A DNA stretch of 63,908 nucleotides, counting the filler, from Octopus bimaculoides (taxonomy: Eukaryota): the NCBI RefSeq assembly GCF_001194135.2. It is 5 parts of 4 records of this genome, joined end to end, with 100 filler letters (N's around TTAATTAATTAA, not from the genome) between each part and the next. Parts side by side here need not be neighbours in the genome. Positions count along the whole stretch, not along the records: positions 30,446 to 49,074 come from NC_069010.1; positions 49,175 to 61,882 come from NC_068992.1; 3 more parts are not named here. One strand, given 5' to 3'. A program made the translations under genes and the position numbers. The first letter of the stretch is position 1; each line of letters starts with the position of its first letter. The notes under the pieces are model-generated. The model made no database searches. It had not been told where the DNA came from and worked only from the letters and a program-made list of their open reading frames with translations. This document shows positions 38,019 through 49,535 of the stretch, piece by piece.

Positions 38019-38952
38019 GTTGGTTTATTTTGATTTATCTCTACTCAAATTTTGAAGTTTTTCAGCGCCATCCTATTGTGAATGTTACTTGGTAGCGTAA
38101 ATAACAGCTAGATGGATTAACACGATAGAATTAAATGTCCATCGGTTGCAATATTTTCTCCCAGCATTTTTACATTTTATATATTATTTGATATAATTTA
38201 GCCTTTTCCTAACTACCTAGATTTGCTTTGTCGCGAATATTATACAAAGCTTTCATTTCATTCGTTTTTATATTCTGAGTTCAAATATTATTTATTCAAT
38301 TTTAGGATTACTCTAGAGCTATATATCATGCTAGTATATATGTTGGTCATCCTGGGATTTGATTCATCACAGACTACGAAACACGGTCAGGCTTCTGTCC
38401 TTTCTACCACGTTATTCCACAGGTTAAGCATCTAAATTGTTCCTCTCAGAGACTGGGCTTTATTAGTTTTAAGATAAGATCACTTGAAGGAATTACGCAA
38501 ATCTGTGCATATGTAGGGAAATATACATAAATCCATTAGTGCCGCTGTTGCTACTGATGTCTTTGATGGCGAAATATTAGCAACTAATACCCCCATTCAA
38601 TTTGAACTAACAACCTAATTCCTTAATATTGCATCACATATACCATTCCAAACAATCTTGTATTGAATAATCATAAAATCAACAAATTATTGTAAATAAA
38701 AGCAGATGCAGGAATATTGTTTTAATATCTGAACTCTAGTTAGAAAATATTTGACATTAGTTTTGAGGAAAAGGAACAGGAGTAAATAATAGATTTCTCC
38801 CCAAATTGCATTACACCATTTATCCTCCTTTCACTAAATTATGAGTTCAAATCACAACCAGATCGAAGGTTTCTTATATTCGTTTGTGATTGATGAAATA
38901 CCGCTAAGAATGAATAAACTCGACTGGCAATATTTAACATTTATTTTTTCAG

Positions 38953-39121
38953 TTCTCTCAAAACGGTGGGACATCCAGAAATGGCATCAAGTCAAAACAT
39001 GTCAACACAAAAGTGTTCACCGTTTACTGGTATCTGGCAAGAGGCAGACATGTCTCAATGTTACAATACAGAACAGATCACTCAAGGACTAAAGGATATC
39101 GAAAGTGAAGGCATTGATGAA
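38953..39121 (+). CDS. Exon: HormR domain, second part, adhesion-type GPCR
   Basis: Acceptor ttattttttcAG. The first base T completes TG|T (Cys) from the previous exon. Encodes SLKTVGHPEMASSQNMSTQKCSPFTGIWQEADMSQCYNTEQITQGLKDIESEGIDE (G.W...D.S.C motif). The 3' boundary is uncertain (GAA|GTTGAG, or A|GTGAAG at 39104). Confidence 0.8.
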
Positions 39122-40082
39122 GTTGAGCGAGCAAATGTTTTTGAATGACTTTTGCAGTAGTAGAAGTAGCAAAATGAGAAGAAGTATGTTTGAGAGTGTG
39201 TGTTTAATTACGACCACTCTGGTGGGGTCTGTGAGTGTGTATGTGTGTGTCTTTCTATGTCTATTCCATTCTGACCATTCTCTCTTTGTTTATTTGTATG
39301 TGTGTGGTTGCGTTTGTAATTACAATGATCTATGAAAAGGTGATGCACCGTATTCTCCCGTTTGGGTTCTCCAGGAATGTGTCCATCTCGTTCAACGGCA
39401 AATCATTTGACTCACTTATGGAAACATTATGAATGAATTTATTACTTTAGGGAGTTGAGTTTATTATTGTAATATCGTAAAAATCACGTTCATACACATT
39501 CTGCAGATAGTCTGAGCAGATAGAGAAGCAGAAAAACAACAGGGATATTGCGGGTACATACACCTGTGCATACACTACGTTGGAGTGGTAGTTGTAGAAT
39601 ATTCAAATATTCAATGACGTACCCTACATGTCTGTTTGTCATAGAATATAAGCAATTTACTTCTCTCAAATGTTATGGCACTGTAAAATTGAATAGACTT
39701 TCATATGCATTTAATGATGTGATGATTTAAATTTCTCATTAGACCATCATAAAACTTATCAATATTAATCCTTAAATTAGGCGGTGAGCTGACAGAATCG
39801 TTAGCAGACCGGAAAAAATACTTATCAGTCCTTCGTCTGTCTTTACGTTCTTAGTTCGAATTCCGCCGAGATTGACTTTGATTTTCATCATATCTGTGAC
39901 GATAAAATAAGTGCCAGTTGACCACTGGGTCAATGTAATCAACTTATCCCCTACACCGAATCTGCTGGTCACGTGCCAATATTTGAAACCTGTATTATTC
40001 CTTTTATTATGCCCTTTTATTTAGACGATTTTTCATTCCATGTTCATTTCATTTATTCTTTGAAATATTCTCTGTCTCTCCC

Positions 40083-40131
<49 letters not shown>

Positions 40132-40164
40132 TATCACAGATAAAATCAAACTCCACAACATGGT

Positions 40165-41470
40165 GAAAAAGAGTAAAAGGGAGTACCTGTGGCGAGTGAG
40201 CAAATTATTGGGTTGAAAGCTGAATGCTAGAAACATAATTTCGGCGACAAACTCGCACGCAGTCACCATAGTTCGGTATGACGTTGGAAAACTGAAGTGG
40301 ACAGAGGAAAAGCTAAAGGAGATGGACAGGAAGTGAAGAAAGGTCCTAATGTTGCATGGAACGCATCATCCACGAGCAGACATTGATCGCCTAGACACGA
40401 AAAGAGCGAATGGAGGAAGAAGACTGATAAGTGGGGGAGACTGCGTGCGTATCGAACTCGAGGGCTTAATGAGATACCGAGCCCAAAGTAAGGAAACTTT
40501 GCTAGTGACAGTTAGGAACGAGGGAGTGTTGAAAGCAGGAAAATGAGGGAAGAAACACAAAAAGGAATGAAGAAGAATTACGCAAGAAGGGAGGACACAG
40601 TCAATTTCCATATAACAACAGAAGTTTCTGGAAAAAAATAGGTGGGATTTGTTAATGAAAAAAACCCCAAAGAAAGAGACCGAGAACACTATATTGGCAA
40701 CGCAAGAGTTTTCTTTGGCCACAAACTGGAGGGTGAACATCAGAAAGAGCAAGTGTCCCCGATGTGCTGCATCTGTAATAGAGTTGATGAAACCATTATC
40801 CATATCACGAACNNNNNNNNNNNNNNNNNNNNNNNNNNNNNNNNNNNNNNNNNNNNNNNNNNNNNNCACTATAAGTTTCGACGAAACGACTAGATATCAA
40901 AAGATCTACATTGGAAAATATGTGAAAAGTGGGGACCAGAGAAAATCAAGACGTAGTATGAGCACAAACCGCAGAGAGTGGCAGAGTCGGAGACAAGCAA
41001 AATCCTCTGGGATTTCCGAATCCAAACATATTAGGTGCTAGAGCATAACAGACCGGACCTAGTAGTGGGAGACAAGGTACACCACATATGCTATATAGAT
41101 GTTGTTGCATGCTCCGTTGAAACACAAATTGTGAAGAGGTGAATCGAAAAAAAAAGATAAATGCAACCCTCTTAAGTATGAAATAGCCCAATTATGGAAA
41201 ATGAAGAAGTGCCAATTATTGTTGGGTTCTTGGGAACTGCATCATCAGGTACGAAGGGGAATATAAAAGAAATTAGAATAAAGTGCCCCGTAGAACTGTT
41301 ACAAAATGTTCGTCTCCTTGGCACGGCCTCAATACACATGAAAGTATTAGATAGGGGAAAAGAATGAATAGCATGCTAGCCTAGGCTGCAGGTAGTAAGC
41401 CCACTACGCATGCAAGCCTCCATGAACTCCTACAAAACCTGTGATAAAGAGAAATAATATAAATCAAAAT
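40165..41470 (+). mobile_element. R4/Dong-like 3' half, degraded
   Basis: KLNARNIISATNSHAVTIVRY, HGTHHPRADIDRLDTKRANGGRRL, SKCPRC, PIIVGFLG-type motifs, then a 3' UTR. Confidence 0.8.
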
Positions 41471-41489
41471 AAAGAAATTTGACAAAATT

Positions 41490-42675
41490 TAATAAGTTGT
41501 TGAAAATATATGGAGCTCAACATCCGAAAGCTGATATCAACCGACTGTACTTAAGGAAATACCAATGTGGAAGAGACTTAATAGCAGTAGAAGAATGTGT
41601 ACAGTTGGAAAACATGTTTAGCTTAGCATTTACAGAGCAGCACAGAAAAACGTCTAAAGACTGAATAAAAAAACACGTGATTAAGCGCGTAATAAGAGAG
41701 AAGAACAAGAATGAGATACAAAGGGAGAACATCGGACAGACTGAAAAGAAACCCCTGCATACAAGCACCACTGAAGACATGGTGAGGCACTGGAGACGTA
41801 GAGGAGGAGATCCACTTTTGGAGAGTCTCTGAAGACGTATGAGGAACAACATCTTGGGCTTGGTAAAAAAAGGCTCATTTAATAAAAATATACAGAGAAC
41901 GTAATTGTAGCAGCCCAAAACCGAGAGATAAAAATAAGTTGAGAAAAAATATGGAGAGAATGTGTCAGAAAAATGTAGAACCTGTGGAACTTAGAACGAG
42001 ACAGTGGCACACATTGTGAGAAAATGGCCCATGTTGGCAAAGGAACAATATTAGAAATGGAGGCACGGCAGTGTTGTAAAAGTTTTACACTGGAAAATGT
42101 ACCAGAAATGTGGATTTGGAGCTGGAAACACAAGGGACAATTATCGATTCGAAAGAGTACTGGAGTTGGAGAAATGTAAGACTTTGTTGAACTGTTCTAT
42201 TCAAACGGACAATAAGTGAGAAAATGAAAGGCCGGCAATTATAGATAAAGAAAGGCGAATCTGCTTACTAATCAACCCATTATGCTTGATTACAGGATCG
42301 TAAAGAAAGAGGATGAAAAACAAAAAAAAAAAAANNNNNNNNNNAAAAAAAAAAAAAAAAAAAATACACAATCCCTTAAAATTTGAAATAGGAAGGATTT
42401 GGAGCATGTGAACAGTGAAGGTGGTGCCTATAAAACAGTAAGTAACGATAGACAGATAGAAACAAATGGCTGAAGGAGATTGGAATAGAATGCTCGGTAG
42501 AGCACCTTACAGAATTTTTGTCTGTTAGGGACAGCAAGGATTTTCAGGAGTGTTCTATGTACTTTAAAGACAGCTGAAAATTTGTGGATACCAGAGTTTA
42601 CAGGTATTAATTTGTTACCCATATAAATATTACCAGGAATAAGACCAAACTTGAGCCAAACCAAGATAATAATAA
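41490..42675 (+). mobile_element. Second, tandem R4/Dong-like 3' half, more degraded
   Basis: YGAQHPKADINRLYLRKYQCGRDL, a KCRTCG zinc-knuckle remnant and KWLKEIGIECSVEHL. Ends in gataataataa. Confidence 0.75.
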
Positions 42676-44572
42676 CATATGTAGTAGATTCGAATATGAT
42701 CTCCCATTCTATCCCAGAGGTACTGCATTGCGATTCAATATAAATTTCGTAATGTAGTCTTACTCATAACCCTCGTATTTATATATATATTCCTAATTAA
42801 TTTTCAGATGTTTGTAGTTGCTATGTCTTTAAAACTGTGATCGGTTCTCTCTACCAGCCTGTTGACTCATGTGTCCTGTCCTCCCATAGGTACNNNNNNN
42901 NNNCTTTAAAACTGTGATCGGTTCTCTCTACCAGCCTGTTGACTCATGTGTCCTGTCCTCCCATAGGTACACCCTCTACGATCGCAAATTAGGCTAATAA
43001 TTTAGTTATTAACTGTGAGTAATTTGGTGAAACACTTGCGTTTGCATATGTTACTCATGATACTTAATCAATTGTATTTTGTTATGCAACAGACATAGTT
43101 CGCTCTGCATATTGTTTGTACGTATGTACGTTTATCATTACACTCATCTGTGCGTATATCTCTGTATTTCTCTATCCATATCTCACTATCCATATATCTC
43201 TCTATCTATATCACCCTATCCATCCCTATCTATCTCTCTATCTATCTGTATGTATTTATTCGTCTATGTATTATCTATCTCTATCTTATTTGTCCAATTA
43301 GGTAGCTTTCTCTCCCTCTCTCTCTATATCTTACTCTATTGTTTTCACTTTAAGTTCAATCGTCATTGTTTTGACTCTACGTTTTCAATCACTATTTAAA
43401 AACAACAACGACAAATTACTGACAGAAAGAAGTTCGCAATTACTGATGAAAGTAATTTTATACATAATTTACTGACAAAAGTACCCTCATAAATGTTACT
43501 TTAATCCGTACACTTCGTTAAATTTGTCTACAATTTTCTTATTTTACTTTGCAATGTTTTGTGTTATTTTGTTGTTGACAGAATTACTAAGACAAGTAAG
43601 GTCACAATTTACTGACAGAAGTAACTTCAAAAATGCCACTTCAAAAAGCCTAAATTTAGCGACGCGAGAGAGAAAACGCCAGAAATTTTTCTTCCTGAAA
43701 GCGATTCTCCTTCCAAGCAATAATACTCCTCTTCTTTGCACACATTGTCTTCATCGCACACAGATCGTCCCATCTTTAGGTTAATCAAATTAATAAAACC
43801 AGTTTAGATATTTCTTTTGCGTTCTCCTTTACTATGATTTTGTTATTGTCACTTTCCTTGTAACTGTACCGTTTCTGTTTCAAAACCCATTAAAATGGCC
43901 TTTGGGTGGTTTTGCGGTGCTGGAAAAGATTAATCATATTCTAATCAATTTTAATGGGAAAATTCATTTGTAAGATGAGTAAATCGTGAAACTTCCTTTT
44001 CTGTTGTAATTTACTCTGCTTTCTTTTTCTGAAGAAGAGTTGTGTCCAAATGTCAAACTTTCTGTCCTTCCCTTCCATGTACCATGTCCACGCGTTGCTG
44101 TTTTTCTTGCTGTCGTTTTCTTTCATTTTTTTTAATAACTATATACATATATACGTACACATATATGCATACATACATAAATTTACATATGTATATATAC
44201 ATGTATATATACATATACATATGTATATATACATGTATATATATATATATNNNNNNNNNNNNNNNNNNNNNNNNNNNNNNNNNNNNNNNNNNNNNNNNNN
44301 NNNNNNNNNNNNNNNNNNNNNNNNNNNNNNNNNNNNNNNNNNNNNNNNNNACGATAGAAAAATTATTTTGAACGCTAGTTAGATATGAAGGAGAGACAAC
44401 CAAATCACGTCTTCTCTAAAGGAAGGCAGGAAATAGAAAGAAAGAATCCCTTTCCCCAAGTGTCAGCGAGGAGGGGGTCAAGGAGGAGGAGTGAGAGAGA
44501 GAGGGAACGGTGAAAGGGAGAGAATAATAGGGCGGGTTTGGGAGAGTAAAACAGAAAGGATGAAGAACAAGA

Positions 44573-44608
<36 letters not shown>

Positions 44609-44676
44609 GACTGTGACCAAATTATCTGACACATTTGTGGCTTTAATGAAAGTAAAATTCTGCGACAGCATAATTC

Positions 44677-45121
44677 GGCATTTGGGGTACGTACTTCTTC
44701 GAAGAGGACAGTATTACAGTGACTGTGAACTCTGATCGATATTGTGTAATGCTAGAGACTTTTCTGAAACCCATATTGAATGAGCTTCACAATAGGGACA
44801 ATGTTTGGTTTCAATGTTTGGGTTCAACAGCCCACACTTCTCGACGTGTGATGGACATTTTGAGGGACATGTTGCCCGGTCATTTGATCTCATTGCGCAA
44901 TGACATCGGTTAGCCGATCACCTAATTCGAACCCGTGCGATTTTTTTCTGTGGTCATACATGAAATCAGAGTTATACACTCATCGTACTCGATCTATTGA
45001 ACAATTAAAATATGCCATTCGTCAAGAAATTGCTGCCGTTCTAATTATGGACAACTTTCGTGAACGCCTTCGACAGTGTGTAGACAGGAACGGTACCCAC
45101 GTGACTGATTTAATTTTAAAA
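44677..45121 (+). pseudogene. Tc1/mariner superfamily transposase fragment, DD41D-like spacing
   Basis: GTYFFEEDSITVTVNSDRYCVML...NVWFQ..GSTAHTS...RSPNSNPCDFFLWSYMKS. Spacing between the degenerate 2nd Asp position and the 3rd Asp is about 41 if a 2-nt deletion is allowed. Confidence 0.75.
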
Positions 45122-45260
45122 CCAATTGAAACAAATGAAACATTTCCAAAAATAAGAACACATTTTTCGTTCTTTACTCTATTTTGCTCTTATTAAATCT
45201 ACAAATAAGTCGAATCATTTTAAATGCATATCCTAATGCATGTGTTTTGTGTGTTTTCAG

Positions 45261-45431
45261 ATGACTGCAATGGCATAGCGAAATATATAACTTCCATGTT
45301 CCCGATATTAAAGTAACTTAGAGTCATGGACAGACGGGATGAGTTACTCTCAATCATATTTGAGAGTGATGAACATCGCCGTTTTGCTATTTTCTTGGGT
45401 TGGCAACCTCACGGACCCACCTGCGTTCAAG
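45261..45431 (+). other. Candidate 171-nt exon with strong splice sites; function unknown
   Basis: Acceptor tgtgttttcAG and donor AAG|GTAAGT. The phase 1-1 frame is open except for one TAA at 45314-45316. No recognised domain. Confidence 0.35.
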
Positions 45432-45580
45432 GTAAGTACATGACTCCAAGTTGATTTAACACCAGTAATATGAGAATTATATTCTCCGCTATGTAATTGC
45501 AGCCACCGGAAAATATACAAAGCATATACATTAGTATATGTAATTGATGATATTCATTATGCTATATAATACATTTTCTT

Positions 45581-45612
<32 letters not shown>

Positions 45613-45754
45613 AACACAAACACACACACACACATTTCTACATTCATTCTCATTTCTACCTTCATTCTCTTGTTTCCCTCCAAATTCCCTATCTTCTTCT
45701 TTTCTATAATACTTCAATATTTTGAACTCAAATATTTACCTCTATGTAATCATC

Positions 45755-45803
45755 TCACAACTGATGAAGGGATATCCATAATATCCTAGAAACAGCTGTA
45801 TGA
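45755..45803 (+). ncRNA. Putative minimal type-I hammerhead, stem I degraded
   Basis: CUGAUGA-AGGGAUAU(CCAUA)AUAUCCUA-GAAA-CAGCUG-UA. Stem II is 7 bp, palindrome ACAGCUGU, triplet GUA. Stem I pairing is poor (UCACAA vs UGA). Confidence 0.5.
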
Positions 45804-46139
45804 CTATATCTATATATTTTCCCTTATAAATGTCCTGAAAACTCCTAACAGCCTTGGCTTTGTTATCTCATTTTTTCTAATATATATGTGTGTGTATGTG
45901 TGTGTGTATGTATGTATGTATGTATGTATGTCATTGTTAAATTTTATTTGAAGATTTCTTGCCAATAGGAAAAGAGGCGGTTTCTAACCTAGATCCAAGG
46001 TTCCTTCACTAGAATTTCAACATTATCAACAGGGTATTTTTGCTTGTTTGTATGTATATGTACAGATCTTCATGACTTGCTTCATGTATGTATTCTGATG
46101 CATATACTTGCATGTCTACACATGCTTATATATATTTAA

Positions 46140-47228
46140 ATAATAACATTTTGTAAAATTTCACAGATCTTATTGTTTCAGCGATGGACTGCATTTGTAG
46201 TCTTCTAATTGGTTTTCTCTTTTCTGGTTTTGAGGAACCTAATTTCTCAACACTGGAATTTAGGTAGTGTTACATATCCTAAGACCCCAATAATTACAGG
46301 TATAAAATCTGAACTTGTAATTTGGAAAGACTAACTGCAGATGTCACAATAGTTCTGCGTAGGTGTTCTCTTCTTCACTGATCTTCAGCTTGTGTTAACA
46401 TCCGCTTGGCAGCTAATTTCCACAACTGTGCACAGTTTCTTTTCTCTGTCCCCAATTATCATATTAGGTCTGTTATTCTTGCATTTTATTGATGTCTTCA
46501 TTGAGACATCCCACCAGTACTCCTTTTTATTATGAGTAGTTGTGGCTTCTGTGGGTTCTTATTTCTTTGCCCTCGGGTTTATCCTCCAGACCGATTTCCT
46601 TGTAAAGTGTCCTAGCTACAATATCATATCATATCGATATATAATACTGTGATGACATTTTCCAACAACTGCCTTTTTACTGCTTTTCCTGCATCTACAT
46701 CCCTTTTGGCGTCAGGTACTTGGTTGATATTTCCTGTTCCTGAATTGCAAACACATACCCTTCAAAGTGGGAGGTAGTAATTCTGTTATTGGTTCATCAT
46801 GAACTTCTTTGATGATCGATGTTAATATCATCTCGGAACTTTCTGCTAACATATCCATGCATAGTCTTCTGCTCATATAAGTTCATCCTTTCATCTGCTG
46901 ATACGTTGCAGTAGAGTCGTGCAAATTCTTTACGCATGTATTCTAGGTTATCGGACAAAGTGTGTTGCTCAAGTAGTTGTCTTCTAAGTCTTATGATATT
47001 ATCAGTCTCATGTATGCAAACTTGGTCAAGGAATGCACTTCGATATTTAGTGGTGAAAAGATGTTGCCGAAGGGATATGATGCGATATTCAAAGGCATTG
47101 TGGATCGGTGTAAAGCCTCTGCCGCCTTGGTTTCGTTTTAGGTAGAGGCAGTCTACGTCACTGTTTATGTGCAAATGATGTGTGCTTGTTAGTATTTTTT
47201 GTGTTTTGACATCAATGTGTCTATGAAG
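46140..47228 (-). mobile_element. R4/Dong-like 3' half, degraded
   Basis: ORF 46797-47174 HINSDVDCLYLKRNQGGRGF...KTMHG, followed by broken REL motifs. Confidence 0.8.
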
Positions 47229-47280
47229 ATATGTATGTATGTATGTATGTATTTATGTATGTATGTATGTATGTATGTAT

Positions 47281-48510
47281 CAAAGGCATTTGTTAAATCA
47301 ATGAATACCTGGACAAGATCCATATTCTGCTCATAGCACTTCTCCTGCATCTGTCTTGCTGTGAAAATCATATCCATTGTCCCTCTACCAGATCGGAAGC
47401 CACATAGAGATTCAGATAGGACATCATTTACGAGACACCAATTCAGACTGGCAAGAAGAATATTTGCCAGAACCTTGCCAGCAGCTGATAGTAGAGCAAT
47501 ACCTCTNNNNNNNNNNNNNNNNNNNNNNNNNNNNNNNNNNNNNNNNNNNNNNNNNNNNNNNNNNNNNNNNNNNNNNNNNNNNNNNNNNNNNNNNNNNNNN
47601 NNNNNNNNNNNNNNNNNNNNNNNNNNNNNNNNNNNNNNNNNNNNNNNNNNNNNNNNNNNNNNNNNNNNNNNNNNNNNNNNNNNNNNNNNNNNNNNNNNNN
47701 NNNNNNNNNNNNNNNNNNNNNNNNNNNNNNNNNNNNNNNNNNNNNNNNNNNNNNNNNNNNNNNNNNNNNNNNNNNNNNNNNNNNNNNNNNNNNNNNNNNN
47801 NNNNNNNNNNNNNNNNNNNNNNNNNNNNNNNNNNNNNNNNNNNNNNNNNNNNNNNNNNNNNNNNNNNNNNNNNNNNNNNNNNNNNNNNNNNNNNNNNNNN
47901 NNNNNNNNNNNNNNNNNNNNNNNNNNNNNNNNNNNNNNNNNNNNNNNNNNNNNNNNNNNNNNNNNNNNNNNNNNNNNNNNNNNNNNNNNNNNNNNNNNNN
48001 NNNNNNNNNNNNNNNNNNNNNNNNNNNNNNNNNNNNNNNNNNNNNNNNNNNNNNNNNNNNNNNNNNNNNNNNNNNNNNNNNNNNNNNNNNNNNNNNNNNN
48101 NNNNNNNNNNNNNNNNNNNNNNNNNNNNNNNNNNNNNNNNNNNNNNNNNNNNNNNNNNNNNNNNNNNNNNNNNNNNNNNNNNNNNNNNNNNNNNNNNNNN
48201 NNNNNNNNNNNNNNNNNNNNNNNNNNNNNNNNNNNNNNNNNNNNNNNNNNNNNNNNNNNNNNNNNNNNNNNNNNNNNNNNNNNNNNNNNNNNNNNNNNNN
48301 NNNNNNNNNNNNNNNNNNNNNNNNNNNNNNNNNNNNNNNNNNNNNNNNNNNNNNNNNNNNNNNNNNNNGCAGTCATGTATGCTTGTCAAAAGCAGGGCTC
48401 ATTAGCCACCAACAGAGCCGCAAGTACAAAATATAAGTTAGTCCTAGAGCGCACAATGTTCCTGAAGGTCGGCAATGGTCTTCCTCCATCACGAATGGAT
48501 GGACATCATC
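47281..48510 (-). mobile_element. RTE-clade LINE remnant (RT fragment 47281-47505; probable 5' region 48370-48510 across the gap)
   Basis: RGIALLSAAGKVLANILL...ESLCGFRSGRGTMDMIFTARQMQEKCYEQNMDLVQVFIDLTNAFD is a classic RTE RT segment. Linkage of the 5' part is inferred. Confidence 0.8.
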
Positions 48511-49154
48511 ATGTATGTATGTATGTATATATGTATGTATGTATGTAGGTAGGTAAGTAGGTATATATGTACGTATGTATAACGTAAAAGAGAGGAATTT
48601 AAATCTGGGCAAGTAACCTACTAGTAATCTAATATAATCCGGATCTGCCTAACCACATCGAATGGCAGGTGATATTCAGAATTATTTAAGATAAACAATT
48701 AAACGGCACTCGATAGGCAAATACGGAGTTCGAATCATTGGTTTTCATGTAACATACAGAGTATATGGCCCAGACGTCATTAAAACGAATGAAGTATCAT
48801 ACATCTTTCAGAATATTCGTTGCAGTATTATTCTCATCAATCAAAGTTTTACTCTCATTTATTGAGAATAATGCTGTAAGAAAGAAATTTTGGAGATGTA
48901 TAATCCTCCATTTTTCTGTCGAAATGATGGCAGAGCAAAGTGAAATGAAATGCTTTGCCCAAGAACAAAACGCAACGCCCGTTCAGAGAATCGATACCTC
49001 GATTTCGCAATCGTCAGTGCAACACTATAACCACTAAGCCATGCACCTTCATTGTATTACATATATATATATATNNNNNNNNNNNNNNNNNNNNNNNNNN
49101 NNNNNNNNNNNNNNNNNNTTAATTAATTAANNNNNNNNNNNNNNNNNNNNNNNN

Positions 49155-49535
49155 NNNNNNNNNNNNNNNNNNNNTACATGCGTACATACGAACATACATA
49201 CATATATTACGTGCGTATGTACTTACGTACGTAGGTACGTACATATGTACATACATACATTACGTACATACATACATATATACGTACATTAGGTACGGAC
49301 GTACGTACGTACATACGTACAATTGTACATACATACATACATTACGTAAGTACGTACGTACATACGAACGTTATGTAGGTACATACGTTACGTACGTACA
49401 TACGCACATACCTACGTACATACATACATACATAACGTACGTACGTACATATGTAAATACGTACATACATACTTACATACATATATTACGTACGTGCGTA
49501 CACACGTACATAAATAGATACATACATACGTACAT
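49155..49535. repeat. Complex (TACG/TACA)n satellite
   Basis: About 380 bp of interleaved tacg/taca units with many TACGTA palindromes. A shorter tract lies at 26716-26740. Confidence 0.9.

Noticed and set aside
38547-38587. 7-bp hairpin enclosing CUGAUGU...GAAA (hammerhead-like)
   Set aside because: The core lacks A9 and there is no room for stem III plus UH.
39511-39591. Ig-like motif DIAGTYTC
   Set aside because: The frame is closed by stops on both sides within 27 codons and there are no suitable splice sites.
42808-42889. Possible exon VCSCYVFKTVIGSLYQPVDSCVLSSH (LRRNT-like Cys spacing)
   Set aside because: Its supposed donor region looks equally like an acceptor (polypyrimidine-AG), it abuts an assembly overlap, and no family match was recognised.
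42827-42970. 67-bp direct repeat around a 10-N gap (likewise 8374-8467 and about 54777-54920)
   Set aside because: Identical copies on both sides of a minimal gap indicate unmerged contig overlap.
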